A stretch of 64,000 nt of DNA, taken from the NCBI GenBank assembly GCA_050942825.1, contig JBMNOA010000003.1, positions 12-64,011 of the forward strand, written 5' to 3'. Of the stretch, positions 38,149 to 48,355 are shown one piece after another. Below the pieces are notes generated by a model. That model was not told where the DNA came from, ran no database searches, and was given only the letters and a program-made list of their open reading frames with translations. The position numbers and the translations under genes are program-made. The stretch's first letter is position 1. Each line of letters starts with the position of its first letter. Source of the stretch: Bacillota bacterium. Its GTDB lineage: Bacteria > Bacillota > Dehalobacteriia > UBA4068.

Positions 38149-39468
38149 TTAAGCTGGGATAATAGACTTCATTAACTCCATGGTTTCTTCATAGCTGAAA
38201 CTTTCTTCCACACGCTGCTGCAAAAAAGAATTTATCTGCTCAATACAGCCGATGGCTTTGTCTAATTCGGGATTGCTGCCGGATTTATAGGCGCCAATGC
38301 TGATAAGGTCGGAATTATTATTGTAGACAGCAAGCATTCTACGAATTTCTCCCGCGCACTTTAAATGCAGGGGATCTACTAATTCAGACATCAGGCGGCT
38401 GATACTGGCCAGAATATCGATGGCGGGATAATGATTGCGCATAGCGATGGCCCGTGAAAGTACGATATGGCCGTCGATGATACCTCTTACAGTATCTGAT
38501 ATGGGTTCGTTAACATCATCGCCTTCTACCAATACGGTGTAGATCCCAGTGATGGAGCCGGTTTCAAAATTCCCGGAGCGCTCTAATAGTTTTGGCAGCA
38601 TGGAGTAGATAGAGGGTGTATATCCTCTGGCAACCGGTGGTTCGCCAATAGCCAAACCAATTTCCCTTTGTGCCATGGCAAAGCGGGTCAAAGAATCCAT
38701 CAACAGCAACACATTTTTTCCTTGATCGCGAAAATATTCAGCAATAGTAGTCGCTACTAATGAACATTTTAGGCGCATCATGGCTGGCTGATCAGAGGTA
38801 GCCACTACCAGCACTGATCTTTTCATCCCCTCTGGCCCTAAATCTTTTTCGATAAAATCACGGACTTCCCGGCCTCTTTCGCCTACTAAGGCGATCACAT
38901 TGATATCAGCTTCGATATTTCTGGCAATCATACCTAAAAGAGTGCTTTTGCCGACCCCGCTGCCGGAAAATATCCCCATCCTTTGTCCCCTGCCGCAGGT
39001 CAACAAGGAATCGATGGCTTTTACCCCGATATTAATTCGTGTAGCGATTCTGGGCCGTGAAAGTGGGTTAGAGGGTTTGTTCTGCACCGAATAGGTGGGC
39101 ATTATCCCTAGTTCCTCCATACCGTCTATGGGGCGTCCAAAGCCATCAATAGTGCGTCCAATAAGTTTATCTCCTACTGGTACTTGTAAAACATTGCCGG
39201 TGGATTCTACCACACAGCCCGGACCAATGCCGGCAATATCCTCAAAGGGCATGAGCAGTACTTTTTGTTCTTTGAAACCCACAACCTCTCCCAGGATGTA
39301 TTTTTCTTCCCGAGGCAGGTAAATGCGGCATACCTCACCGATATTAGTATGGGGCCCGGTAGATTCGATGACCAGACCGATGATTTTATCTACTTTACCT
39401 TTATAAACGATGGTTTTTGTATCCTGGATTATTGGCAAGTATTTCTCAAAGTTCAAATTTACCTCCAA
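38149..39468 (-). CDS. fliI: flagellum-specific ATP synthase FliI
   Basis: Walker A GSGVGKST and Walker B LLLMDSLTR, with an F1/T3SS ATPase fold, 439 aa. Confidence 0.95.
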   Translation of the reverse strand: MEVNLNFEKYLPIIQDTKTIVYKGKVDKIIGLVIESTGPHTNIGEVCRIYLPREEKYILGEVVGFKEQKVLLMPFEDIAGIGPGCVVESTGNVLQVPVGDKLIGRTIDGFGRPIDGMEELGIMPTYSVQNKPSNPLSRPRIATRINIGVKAIDSLLTCGRGQRMGIFSGSGVGKSTLLGMIARNIEADINVIALVGERGREVRDFIEKDLGPEGMKRSVLVVATSDQPAMMRLKCSLVATTIAEYFRDQGKNVLLLMDSLTRFAMAQREIGLAIGEPPVARGYTPSIYSMLPKLLERSGNFETGSITGIYTVLVEGDDVNEPISDTVRGIIDGHIVLSRAIAMRNHYPAIDILASISRLMSELVDPLHLKCAGEIRRMLAVYNNNSDLISIGAYKSGSNPELDKAIGCIEQINSFLQQRVEESFSYEETMELMKSIIPA

Positions 39469-39485
39469 CCTTTAAAAAAAGCATC

Positions 39486-40226
39486 TCAGGGAATCAGGTC
39501 AACTCTGCTAAATGCCTCCTGTAGACGAGACATCTGCGTTTGCACACTAGCATCGGCTATGCTCTGGGGTGTTTCTACAATGCAGGTTCCCGGGGGAGCA
39601 TTTTCTATGACAGTGACTTTAATGCTCTTAGCCTCCTGGGTCAGATTCTGCAGCAACTCACTGTAAGAGGTGGCAAAGGATGCCTCACACCCGGAGACGG
39701 TAACCTTGACCCAATCCTGGGTATTCAATTCCTGTATGGCGCTTTTATAAAGGGCCAAAAATGCTTGGTCATTGGCTTGTAGTTCTGTATTGATAATTTT
39801 TTTGGCTAATTCTAAGGCAAAAGCTTTAAGATTTTGTTCGTGTTTTTCCAAAAGAGCAGCCTTTTGTTGTTCAATTGATTTTATTAGTGCAGACAATTCG
39901 GCTAATTGAAAGTCAATCTGTTCCATGGCCTGTGCTTTGCCAGTTTCCAAACCCTCCAGATACCCATTCTCACGGGCATGGATAAGTTCATTATTGGCCT
40001 TTTTCGAGGCTTGATCCAGCATCCTTTTTGCAAACTCCTCCGCTCGAACAACTATTTTATTGGCATCCATACGAGCCTGCCAGATCATTTTTTCACAGCT
40101 TTTGGATATTTTATCTTTAGAAGCGGCAGGGTTTTTTATTTCCTCTGGTTCATAAACCTCTTTGATGTTTAAAGAGGAGCCGAGATTTTTCATAATTACA
40201 CTGTTCCACTTTAGTACCTTAGACAA
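39486..40226 (-). CDS. fliH: flagellar assembly protein FliH
   Basis: 246-aa coiled-coil N-terminus and a FliH C-terminal domain, positioned between fliG and fliI. Overlaps fliG by 8 nt. Confidence 0.8.
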   Translation of the reverse strand: MSKVLKWNSVIMKNLGSSLNIKEVYEPEEIKNPAASKDKISKSCEKMIWQARMDANKIVVRAEEFAKRMLDQASKKANNELIHARENGYLEGLETGKAQAMEQIDFQLAELSALIKSIEQQKAALLEKHEQNLKAFALELAKKIINTELQANDQAFLALYKSAIQELNTQDWVKVTVSGCEASFATSYSELLQNLTQEAKSIKVTVIENAPPGTCIVETPQSIADASVQTQMSRLQEAFSRVDLIP

Positions 40227-41232
40227 TTAACTCATCCTTTCGGCCTCTGGCTACAATTATTTCGCCTGTTTCTTCAAGTCTTCTTACCAGCTCTACTAAT
40301 CTTTGTTGCGCTTCCTCAACATCTGTTACTCTTACTGCTCTCAAATACTGGGCGTCTTCTTTCATGGTTTCAGCCATGCGCTCGGACATATTAGCATAAA
40401 ATACTTCGGCAACTTCTTTGCTGGAGCCCTTGAGGGCGACCAGCAGATCTTTAGTATTGGCACCGCGGAGGATTTTTTGGATGTAGATAGGATCTAAAGT
40501 AACGATATCTTCAAAGATAAACATACGTTTTCTGATTTCTTCGGTAAGTTCAGGCTGTATTCGTCCCAGTTCTTCCAAAATAAATTTTTCCGTACCTCTG
40601 TCTGTAGCATTGAGAATCTCTGCCATATGTTTTACCCCGCCGATTTCTGATACTCCAAGGGACATGAGGGAGGAGAACTTTTTTTCAAAAGCTATTTCCA
40701 CTTCCTTGACGATTTCCGGGGAGGTGCGCTCCATAGTGGCTATTCTTTCAGTGACTTCTATCTGGAAGTCACGCGGAAGTTCCTTAAGTACTTCCGAGGC
40801 CTGCTCCGCCCGAAGATATGACAATACCAATGCGATTGTTTGAGGATGTTCATTTTGCAAAAAGGACACTAAATACTTGGGCTCCACCTTACGCAGGAAA
40901 TCAAAGGCTCGGGTTTTGATATTTTTTGTAATTTTTTCAATAAGATTATTGGCATTTTGAACTCCGAAGGCTTTGTTTAGAATTTCTTTGGCATATTCTA
41001 TGCCGCCCTCAGAGACATATTTTTGTGCCAGACAAAGATTATAAAATTCCTCCATCACCCCTTCCATGGTTTCAGGGCTTAATTCCTTCATGGTAGCAAT
41101 TTCCATTGTAAGTAATTCTACTTCGTTTTCTCTTAGGAATTTATAGATTCGTGATGCATAATCAGTGCCTAACCCAATTATTACTGCCGCTGCCTTTTTC
41201 TGGACAGTTAATCTACTCATAATTGCCCTCAT
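40219..41232 (-). CDS. fliG: flagellar motor switch protein FliG
   Basis: 337 aa with FliG N, middle and C domains (e.g. ...EELGRIQPELTEEIRKRMFIFEDIVTLD). Confidence 0.93.
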   Translation of the reverse strand: MRAIMSRLTVQKKAAAVIIGLGTDYASRIYKFLRENEVELLTMEIATMKELSPETMEGVMEEFYNLCLAQKYVSEGGIEYAKEILNKAFGVQNANNLIEKITKNIKTRAFDFLRKVEPKYLVSFLQNEHPQTIALVLSYLRAEQASEVLKELPRDFQIEVTERIATMERTSPEIVKEVEIAFEKKFSSLMSLGVSEIGGVKHMAEILNATDRGTEKFILEELGRIQPELTEEIRKRMFIFEDIVTLDPIYIQKILRGANTKDLLVALKGSSKEVAEVFYANMSERMAETMKEDAQYLRAVRVTDVEEAQQRLVELVRRLEETGEIIVARGRKDELIV

Positions 41233-42772
41233 CCTCTTTTAACCAAGTTCTTAAAAGTTGTGCTACAATATCGGGATTAGAAACGGAAAATTCCTGTATC
41301 TGTTTTTTCAAGCCTTGCTCGCGAGTTTCGTTGAGGATAATTTCGCCGGGAAAACCCTTTTCTGCTTCTTCACTCCAAAAGGCTTGATCAAATTCATCCT
41401 CACTCTTTTTAGCCTTAATTTTTTTACGTTTTCGCTTGATCAACATAAAGGAGACTAGCAAAAGAATTAAAAACAAAGCAGAAGCGCCAATGAGAATAAG
41501 CTGTGTACGAGTGAGATTGAAGAGTAGCTCTTCACTTTCTATAGGGGTATTGCCACTCATAAATTTAGCATTGGCAATAACTACTTTATCCACACTGGTC
41601 CCGGAAGCAAAGGCTACCATTTCTTTGTAGGTATTAACCTGATCCCGAGAAAGGCTATCCGTGTTGATAAGAACTGCCGCTGAGATGTCAGTAATCTCGT
41701 AACCATTGCGTTCTACTTGCTGCTTAAGTTGATTTACTAAGTAATTTGTGCTGGAGCTGGAAGTGCCCGTTCCTGTACCTGTAGTATTACCGGCTTGAGG
41801 GTAAACTGCTACCCCGGTATTGGAACCGGTACCGGGAACTCCTCCAACATTGCTTTGCCCATCAACAGAGTCTTGGTATAGCTCTTGTTGTGTGATTATG
41901 CCGCTATTATCTACTATGGGGGTATAAGTTGTTTGTTCACTATGGCTTTTATTAATATCCACGGTGGCATTTACTGAAACCCGAACGGCATTGGCTCCGA
42001 AAATAGGTTGTAATAATTGATTAATCTTGTTTTCTAACACCTGGCTAATATTTTTTTCTAGATCGAGTTTGGTGTAAGTTATGCCCTCGCTGCCGTCAGA
42101 GTATTGATTATTGAGAATATTGCCCGAGCTGTCCACAATAGCCACATTTTCTGATTCCAAACCGGGCACGCTTTTAGCTACCAATTCTCCGATACCTTTA
42201 ATCTGTTTGTTGTTAAGCTGCACATTACCCGCTAGCTCCAATACTACCGAAGCGGTTGCCGGCACCTGATCTTCTTTAAGGACAAAAGAATCCTCCTCGG
42301 GGAGGCTGATAGTAACTATAGCGTTATCCACTACATCAATGGTCTTGATAGCGTCCTGCAGACGGTTCTGGAGTTGAAATAGCAAATACTTTTTCTTTTC
42401 ATAATCGGTTGTCATATAGCTGGAATTATTACTAAAAATATCATAATTAAGTGTGCTTTGCGGATAACCCTCGGCGGAGAGAGTCATTTTTAGCTGGGCC
42501 TCCTGTTCCTTGGGAACTAAAATAGTTCCATTGGATTCCAGTTTGGAATCCACTCCCATTTCATTAAGGCGCACTACTATTTTAGCTGCCTCATCGGCAG
42601 AAAGACCACTATACAAGATTTCATAGCGGGGATTGTTTAAAATTAGAGCCATTACAATAACTAAAACAAAAATTCCGGCCACCACAGAAATGACTAGAAT
42701 CTTTTTTCGGCCATTTAGTTTCCTAGTATATTCCAAGAGCTGTTTAATAATTTTATCAGGGCTTATGTTCAT
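41213..42772 (-). CDS. fliF: flagellar MS-ring protein FliF
   Basis: 519 aa with two TM segments and a central ring-building region. C-terminus overlaps fliG by 20 nt. Confidence 0.9.
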   Translation of the reverse strand: MNISPDKIIKQLLEYTRKLNGRKKILVISVVAGIFVLVIVMALILNNPRYEILYSGLSADEAAKIVVRLNEMGVDSKLESNGTILVPKEQEAQLKMTLSAEGYPQSTLNYDIFSNNSSYMTTDYEKKKYLLFQLQNRLQDAIKTIDVVDNAIVTISLPEEDSFVLKEDQVPATASVVLELAGNVQLNNKQIKGIGELVAKSVPGLESENVAIVDSSGNILNNQYSDGSEGITYTKLDLEKNISQVLENKINQLLQPIFGANAVRVSVNATVDINKSHSEQTTYTPIVDNSGIITQQELYQDSVDGQSNVGGVPGTGSNTGVAVYPQAGNTTGTGTGTSSSSTNYLVNQLKQQVERNGYEITDISAAVLINTDSLSRDQVNTYKEMVAFASGTSVDKVVIANAKFMSGNTPIESEELLFNLTRTQLILIGASALFLILLLVSFMLIKRKRKKIKAKKSEDEFDQAFWSEEAEKGFPGEIILNETREQGLKKQIQEFSVSNPDIVAQLLRTWLKEDEGNYE

Positions 42773-42825
42773 ACTTTATCCTTTGTGATACTTAATTTAT
42801 ATGAATTTCTGTGACAAGAATACTT

Positions 42826-43122
42826 CTAAAGTGTAATACGCATGACCTCGTTATAGGCATCCAGAGCTTTATTTCTGATTTGTACAAACGTTTGCAAGGC
42901 CAAATCAGCTTTGGCGATATTGATTGTAATATCGTGTAGATTATTGGCCTCACCGGTAGCCATGTTTAATATATCCTGCTGTACTTGATCTTCTGTCAGC
43001 TTAACTTGATCCAGAGCTTGTTGGAAAAAGTCCGTGAATGAAGAAAACTTTTCCTGTTCCTGCAGGATAGTATTATTAGGGGTGTTGATAAAATCTGTTG
43101 CAGATATAGAAGAGATTGTCAT
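42826..43122 (-). CDS. fliE: flagellar hook-basal body complex protein FliE
   Basis: 98 aa with a C-terminal FliE motif (...LALQTFVQIRNKALDAYNEVMRITL). Confidence 0.85.
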   Translation of the reverse strand: MTISSISATDFINTPNNTILQEQEKFSSFTDFFQQALDQVKLTEDQVQQDILNMATGEANNLHDITINIAKADLALQTFVQIRNKALDAYNEVMRITL

Positions 43123-43179
43123 TTTGATTTTCTCCTTATTTTACATATTTTTTGATGCCGTTCATAACATTATTATGTT

Positions 43180-43611
43180 TTATCTGCCTATTTCCAAAGC
43201 ACGGTTAGCCATTTGGATCAGTGAGTTAAAGGCAGCTATATTTGCTTCAATAGAGCGGGTTGCGGACATCATATCAATCATTTCTTCCACTGTATTTATA
43301 TTTGGCATCATTACATAGCCATTTTGATCAGCATCAGGATGGGAAGGATCGTATACGGGGATCGTGGCATTGGGATTCTCAATTATTTCCGTCACCTCAA
43401 CACCTCTAATGCCCTGAGTATTTCTTAATATTCCTTTAAAGCTTACTTGTTCTTCGCTCGGCCTAAAAACTACTGATTTTTTAATATATGGACCGCCCTC
43501 AGGTGTTCTTGTGGTTTTTGCATTGGCAATATTTTGAGATATTATGTCCATTCTCAGTTTTTGAGCGGTAAGGGCTGAACCGCTGATATTAAGTGAATTT
43601 AGAAAAGACAT
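43180..43611 (-). CDS. flgC: flagellar basal-body rod protein FlgC
   Basis: MSFLNSLNISGSALTAQKLRMDIISQNIANAKTT N-terminus and C-terminal rod motif. Confidence 0.9.
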   Translation of the reverse strand: MSFLNSLNISGSALTAQKLRMDIISQNIANAKTTRTPEGGPYIKKSVVFRPSEEQVSFKGILRNTQGIRGVEVTEIIENPNATIPVYDPSHPDADQNGYVMMPNINTVEEMIDMMSATRSIEANIAAFNSLIQMANRALEIGR

Positions 43612-43614
43612 CTT

Positions 43615-43995
43615 TTATCTCCCTTCATTGATAACATATTTCATTCTTGATAGCTCACTGGATACCGCTCTGATAAGGTATTCATATTGGAGCTGCGTCC
43701 TGGACAATTCGATCTTTTCGGCTGTAATATCTACATTATTACCATCATCTCGCAAGCTGGAGTCTTTATTTTCTCTTATTTGGGGCTGCAGGTTATTAAG
43801 CCTTGAAGAGTTTATGCTGCTGCCGGACGAAGACAAGAATCTTTTTAAGATATCCTCGAATACAACAGTATGGCTCTTATAGCCGGGAGTATCAACATTA
43901 GCTAGATTTGAAGAAATTACACTTTGTCGCAGCGAAAGTGCATCGAGACTTTTTTCCGCGATAATCAGGCTGTTACTGTCGAAAAGAATGCTCAA
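43615..43995 (-). CDS. flgB: flagellar basal-body rod protein FlgB (TTG start with an AGGAGG RBS 8 nt upstream)
   Basis: DALSLRQSVISSNLANVDTPGYK rod N-terminus. The longer ORF to 44097 lacks an RBS; the TTG at 43995 gives the typical 127-aa FlgB. Confidence 0.8.
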   Translation of the reverse strand: MSILFDSNSLIIAEKSLDALSLRQSVISSNLANVDTPGYKSHTVVFEDILKRFLSSSGSSINSSRLNNLQPQIRENKDSSLRDDGNNVDITAEKIELSRTQLQYEYLIRAVSSELSRMKYVINEGR

Positions 43996-44502
43996 AGAAA
44001 TCACCCTCCTCAATATTTTCTTAATATTTATGATAGACAAAAATAATGCCGGCCCAGTAAAGTCCAAGCCGACAGAAATCTTGCAACTGGCTGTCATATT
44101 ATTACAAACTTAGACCCTATAGCTTTGTGCCCCATGCTTTCACATGGTTTACCAAACATATAAAATTATAAATAGTTATTAAAACCTAGATTAATATAAC
44201 TTTAATTTATACAATGCAGATAGCAATCATGTTTATGCCTCCTCCGATTGTACTTGTCAAACACCTCTATAATAAAATATTTTATTTGGATATCTATACC
44301 CGTTAAATGACATTTTAGCTGGTGATTTAATCGAAATAACAGAATTATTAAAAGTTGTTAATAGAATTCTACCATTTATTGGCAAATTAGTCAATAAATT
44401 GTGTTAATTTTTCTTTTTTCGTGTCGAAATACACATCTTTATTTAATAAATGAAGAGATATAAAAATATTATGTAATTTTATCTGGACAGCTTTTATCAA
44501 CT

Positions 44503-44529
44503 TAAAATTTTTTTTCTTCTGTCGATATA
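44503..44529 (+). promoter_or_regulatory. sigma-28-type promoter for fliD-fliS
   Basis: TAAA (44503-44506), N15, tCGATATA (44522-44529), about 40 nt upstream of the fliD ATG. Confidence 0.65.
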
Positions 44530-44568
44530 GTTTATGTGAAAAAATGATTAGCAGAAAGGAGTACGCCA

Positions 44569-46485
44569 ATGATAAGCACCTTAAATAGTAGCTATAACCG
44601 TGTAAGCGGACTTGCATCCGGAATGGATACCGAAACTCTGGTTAAGCAGCTTACCTCAGCCACACAAAACAAAATCTATGCTGCCCAGCAGCAAAAGCAA
44701 CAGATTGAATGGAAGCAAGGATATTATCGGGAAATTCTTACCGGTCTGGTAAAATTTAACGAAAAATATTTCGGCACATCCTTAAATTCTCTTACTATTG
44801 GCGAATCCTTAAAGCAAATGACAGCTACCAGTAGTGATCCGCAGTATGTTTCAGCTATCGGAGGTTCCTCCAGCGGCAGCCAAAGCGTATATTTCAGCGA
44901 TATAATCAGCCTTGCTACCTCTTCTAAAGTGCAAAGCTCTCAAAAGGTCAGCGGCCAATTATCTACAGAAATTAACACAGAGCTGATATCTGCTCTCAGT
45001 GGCAAATCGATGAAAGTCTCCGTGGACGGCATCTCCAAAATTATCACTTTTTCTGATAGGGAATATTCAGATTTACAGGCTGTGGCTGATGAACTGACAG
45101 TGCTCCTTGATAGAGCTTTCGGTAGTGGCAAAGTCTCCGTTTCAGGTGATAATGGTATCTTGAGTCTTACAGCGCAAAATAGCAAAATATCTCTTAATGT
45201 TACCGGGACACAAGACGGAGATGCTATAGACTTTCTTGGTTTTGCCCCTGGCAGCTCCAATCTCATCAACCTCTCCAATAAAGTTGGTGAGCTTAACTTG
45301 AATACCCCTTTGGTTAGTGAGGAATTTACCTTTACTATCAATGGAGAAAGTTTTTGCTTCGATTCTACAAATACTTTAAGCAATATTATTTCCACTATCA
45401 ATAACAGCGCCGCGGGAGTCAGACTTTCTTATTCTTCAGTTACCGACTCTTTTACCTTAATTTCTAAAGATACTGGTGCCGCCTCCGAAATTGTTTTCCA
45501 AGATACCGATGGCAATTTTTTAAACTCTATTTTAGGACAAGGAGTCTTTGTTTCCGGGACTGATGCTGAAGTGAAGGTTGGGCTAAACGGTGCCACTGCA
45601 GAAGATGAATTGATAACACTGATACGCAGCTCCAATACTTTTGAAATCGATGGCACTACCTATACTTTAAACAATAAGGCCTCCGGAGACACGCAAGAAA
45701 AGGTCACCGTGTCCACCGCATACAATATCGAAGATATGGTAGGTAAAATCACTGATTTTGTCAATGAGTATAATAAGCTGATAGATGCAATCAACAGTAA
45801 GCTCAATGAGCCTTTTTACCGTAATTTTTTACCCCTTACCGAGGAACAAAAAGAACATTTAAGTGAGAACGAGCAAAAAATATGGACGGAAAAAGCCCAA
45901 AGCGGGCTGTTAAGAAACGATATTACACTTAAAAAAATCGTTAATGAATTAAGGACTTCTCTTTATGATGCTGTAAAAAAACTCGATTCTTCTGGTAATA
46001 ATCTTGGTTTTATTTTACCGGATATTGGTATTACCACTAAAGGCTATTCTGACAACGGCAAGCTGATTATTAATGAAGGTGTACTCCGCAAAGCCCTGAG
46101 TGAAAAGCCGGAAGAGGTTTTAGCCCTTTTTACGCAAAATTCTTCCATAAAATATTCTCAGTATAATACTACAGAGAATAAAAAAATCCGCTACGAGGAA
46201 TCAGGCCTTTTATGGCGCTTAAGTGATATCGTCAAGAATAATATCAGCAAAATAGGCATAAAAGGGCCACTGGTAGAGATGGTGGGTAGTCCGGAAACCA
46301 ATTTTGTAGGTGTTTATACTTATAGCAAAAAGATCAGCGATGTTGAAGCGACTATTTCTAATCTCACTAAAAAGCTGGCAAAAGAGCAGGATAGTTATTG
46401 GTCCAAATTTACAGCCATGGAAAAAGCTATCAACTCCCTTAATTACCAAAGCGGCTGGCTTGCTGCACAGATGCCAAACAATTGA
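44569..46485 (+). CDS. fliD: flagellar filament cap protein FliD (hook-associated protein 2)
   Basis: N-terminal RVSGLASGMDTETLVKQL and C-terminal FliD domain, 638 aa. RBS AGGAG lies before the ATG. Confidence 0.88.
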   Translation: MISTLNSSYNRVSGLASGMDTETLVKQLTSATQNKIYAAQQQKQQIEWKQGYYREILTGLVKFNEKYFGTSLNSLTIGESLKQMTATSSDPQYVSAIGGSSSGSQSVYFSDIISLATSSKVQSSQKVSGQLSTEINTELISALSGKSMKVSVDGISKIITFSDREYSDLQAVADELTVLLDRAFGSGKVSVSGDNGILSLTAQNSKISLNVTGTQDGDAIDFLGFAPGSSNLINLSNKVGELNLNTPLVSEEFTFTINGESFCFDSTNTLSNIISTINNSAAGVRLSYSSVTDSFTLISKDTGAASEIVFQDTDGNFLNSILGQGVFVSGTDAEVKVGLNGATAEDELITLIRSSNTFEIDGTTYTLNNKASGDTQEKVTVSTAYNIEDMVGKITDFVNEYNKLIDAINSKLNEPFYRNFLPLTEEQKEHLSENEQKIWTEKAQSGLLRNDITLKKIVNELRTSLYDAVKKLDSSGNNLGFILPDIGITTKGYSDNGKLIINEGVLRKALSEKPEEVLALFTQNSSIKYSQYNTTENKKIRYEESGLLWRLSDIVKNNISKIGIKGPLVEMVGSPETNFVGVYTYSKKISDVEATISNLTKKLAKEQDSYWSKFTAMEKAINSLNYQSGWLAAQMPNN

Positions 46486-46518
46486 TTTGTTCACTAATAA
46501 CTTATGAGGTGATAACAG

Positions 46519-46920
46519 ATGTCATATGCTAATGCTTATGCCAAATATAAAGATCTCTCGGTCAAAACCCTTACCCCAGGAGAACTTATTGTCTTGTTGT
46601 ATGATGAAATGGCCTTGCAGATTAACCGGGCTATCCTCAATATCAAAAAGAACAAGCTGGAAGATGTTCACCACAATCTTATCAAAGCACAAAATATCGT
46701 TCTTTACCTAGTAGATATTTTGGATATTAATTACCCTATTTCCGATAATTTGTTGCGGCTTTATGAATTTATCTATTTTCAGATGGTCAAGGCCAATGGA
46801 GAAAAAAATGTCGTCTTTTTGGAGGATGTTCTTCATATCACTAATCAGCTGAAAGATACTTGGCGGCAGGCGGAAAGTATCCACCGTCAAAAAATGTCAT
46901 TGGAGGGAAATATAGTATGA
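46519..46920 (+). CDS. fliS: flagellar export chaperone FliS
   Basis: MSYANAYAKYKDLSVKTLTPGELIVLLYDEMALQ, the canonical FliS N-terminus. 133 aa. Confidence 0.9.
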   Translation: MSYANAYAKYKDLSVKTLTPGELIVLLYDEMALQINRAILNIKKNKLEDVHHNLIKAQNIVLYLVDILDINYPISDNLLRLYEFIYFQMVKANGEKNVVFLEDVLHITNQLKDTWRQAESIHRQKMSLEGNIV

Positions 46921-47408
46921 GTATACCGGACAGGGAAAACCTCTATCGTTTACTTAACCTGTCTCAGGAGAAACTCGCTCTTTTAAAATCTTTTGCTCAG
47001 AGCCTAAAAGAGCTTTGTGAGGATCTCAATAAAGATGAAGAGTCTTTAATTGCTGCCCACATTCAAAAACAACAGAGCTTTATTCAAAGTATAGACTGCA
47101 TAGATAAGGATTTTAAGGCCATTACCGCTTCCTGCGATGAGGATATTCGAGTCCTAATAAGTGCAAATACAGCAAATACAGCAGATATGTCTCAAGAATT
47201 ACAGAGTATCAGAGAAATACTAGCAGAACAAATAAAATATCTGGGCTTTATTCGTGAACTGAACAGAGATACTCTCACTAAAGCACGGTCTTTGGCCAGC
47301 TCCTATAAGGATAAGATTATTAGCATCAATCGTGAGAAACACACCAATTACTATCCTCATAGCCCAAATCAGGTTGGAATGCTGCTGAATTATAAAGAAA
47401 ATGGCTAG
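46917..47408 (+). CDS. putative FliT-like flagellar chaperone / helical hypothetical protein
   Basis: 163-aa helical ORF whose ATG overlaps the fliS stop (ATGA), in the position fliT occupies in Bacillus. No sequence-level confirmation. Confidence 0.35.
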   Translation: MSIPDRENLYRLLNLSQEKLALLKSFAQSLKELCEDLNKDEESLIAAHIQKQQSFIQSIDCIDKDFKAITASCDEDIRVLISANTANTADMSQELQSIREILAEQIKYLGFIRELNRDTLTKARSLASSYKDKIISINREKHTNYYPHSPNQVGMLLNYKENG

Positions 47409-47417
47409 ATTAACGGT

Positions 47418-47444
47418 TAAATCCGATTGTCTGGAGTATGATAT
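47418..47444 (+). promoter_or_regulatory. sigma-28-type promoter for motA-motB
   Basis: TAAA (47418-47421), N15, TATGATAT (47437-44). Confidence 0.5.
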
Positions 47445-47503
47445 GTTTTACACCCATCTAAAAAACTCAGCTTAATAGGAGGATGGAAAAGGAGGGTTTC
47501 ATA

Positions 47504-48355
47504 GTGGATATTGCGAGTATTATAGGTGTAGTAATCGGTATAGGGTCTCTTATGGTCGCCTATTCTATGGATGGCGGTACCTTAACCGCTCTTTTAAATA
47601 TCAGCGCAGGCTTTGTTGTTATTGGGGGGTCTCTTGGTGCCTTAGCAATTGCTTATGGTTTAGATCAACTGATTAAATTACCGGCACTTGTTCTAAAGGT
47701 AATAAAAAGTCCAAAATCCCGTCTTAACGAAACATTAGATTATCTGATAATGTTAGCCGAAAACGCCAGAAGAGACGGACTATTGAGTTTGGAGAAGATA
47801 ATCAATAAAGAAGAACCGAAAAAACAAACAGTGGATCCTTTGATGAAAAATGGCATGCTGATGGTTATAGACGGAGCCGATTTAGAGCAGATAAAAGACT
47901 ATTTAGAAACGGAAATCAATATTTTTGAAAGACATGCCAGGACGGAAGTTTCTATTTTCGAATCACTGGGAGGTTATGCTCCTACCTTTGGTATGGTCGG
48001 TACTATTATGGGAATGATCCAGGTGCTGGCTAATATGGAATCACCCGAACATATGGCTACATCAATTGCCGTGGCCTTTACCGCTACCCTGTACGGGGTT
48101 TTTTTAGCTAACCTTATATTTCTGCCTATAGCAAACAAGCTGAAGCTGCGCATGGAGGCCAGTCTAATTGAAAAGGAAATGATTGTTGAAGGGATCTGCT
48201 CCATCCGTAATGGACAAAACCCTAAAATATTGAGGGATAAGCTTTCTGTTTATTTAACAGGTAAAGCCGATGGGAAAAAAAGGTCTGCTGCTCCGGCAAA
48301 AGGCGTAAAAACCCGTATCGGCAAGGAGGCTGTCAATGAAAAGGCGAACAGATAA
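47504..48355 (+). CDS. motA: flagellar motor stator protein MotA (GTG start at 47504 after GGAGGG; the ORF opens at 47483)
   Basis: Four TM helices. The conserved MotA/TolQ/ExbB C-terminal region YAPTFGMVGTIMGMI is present. Confidence 0.88.
   Translation: MDIASIIGVVIGIGSLMVAYSMDGGTLTALLNISAGFVVIGGSLGALAIAYGLDQLIKLPALVLKVIKSPKSRLNETLDYLIMLAENARRDGLLSLEKIINKEEPKKQTVDPLMKNGMLMVIDGADLEQIKDYLETEINIFERHARTEVSIFESLGGYAPTFGMVGTIMGMIQVLANMESPEHMATSIAVAFTATLYGVFLANLIFLPIANKLKLRMEASLIEKEMIVEGICSIRNGQNPKILRDKLSVYLTGKADGKKRSAAPAKGVKTRIGKEAVNEKANR

Noticed and set aside
44098-44500. The 470-bp divergent region between flgB and fliD, examined for a sigma-A promoter for the large flagellar operon and for small ORFs (including the 44387-44617 minus ORF)
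   Set aside because: Several weak TTGaca/TAtaat-like combinations occur but none has convincing spacing. The 76-aa ORF is AT-rich low complexity without an RBS. Only the fliD sigma-28 promoter is reported.
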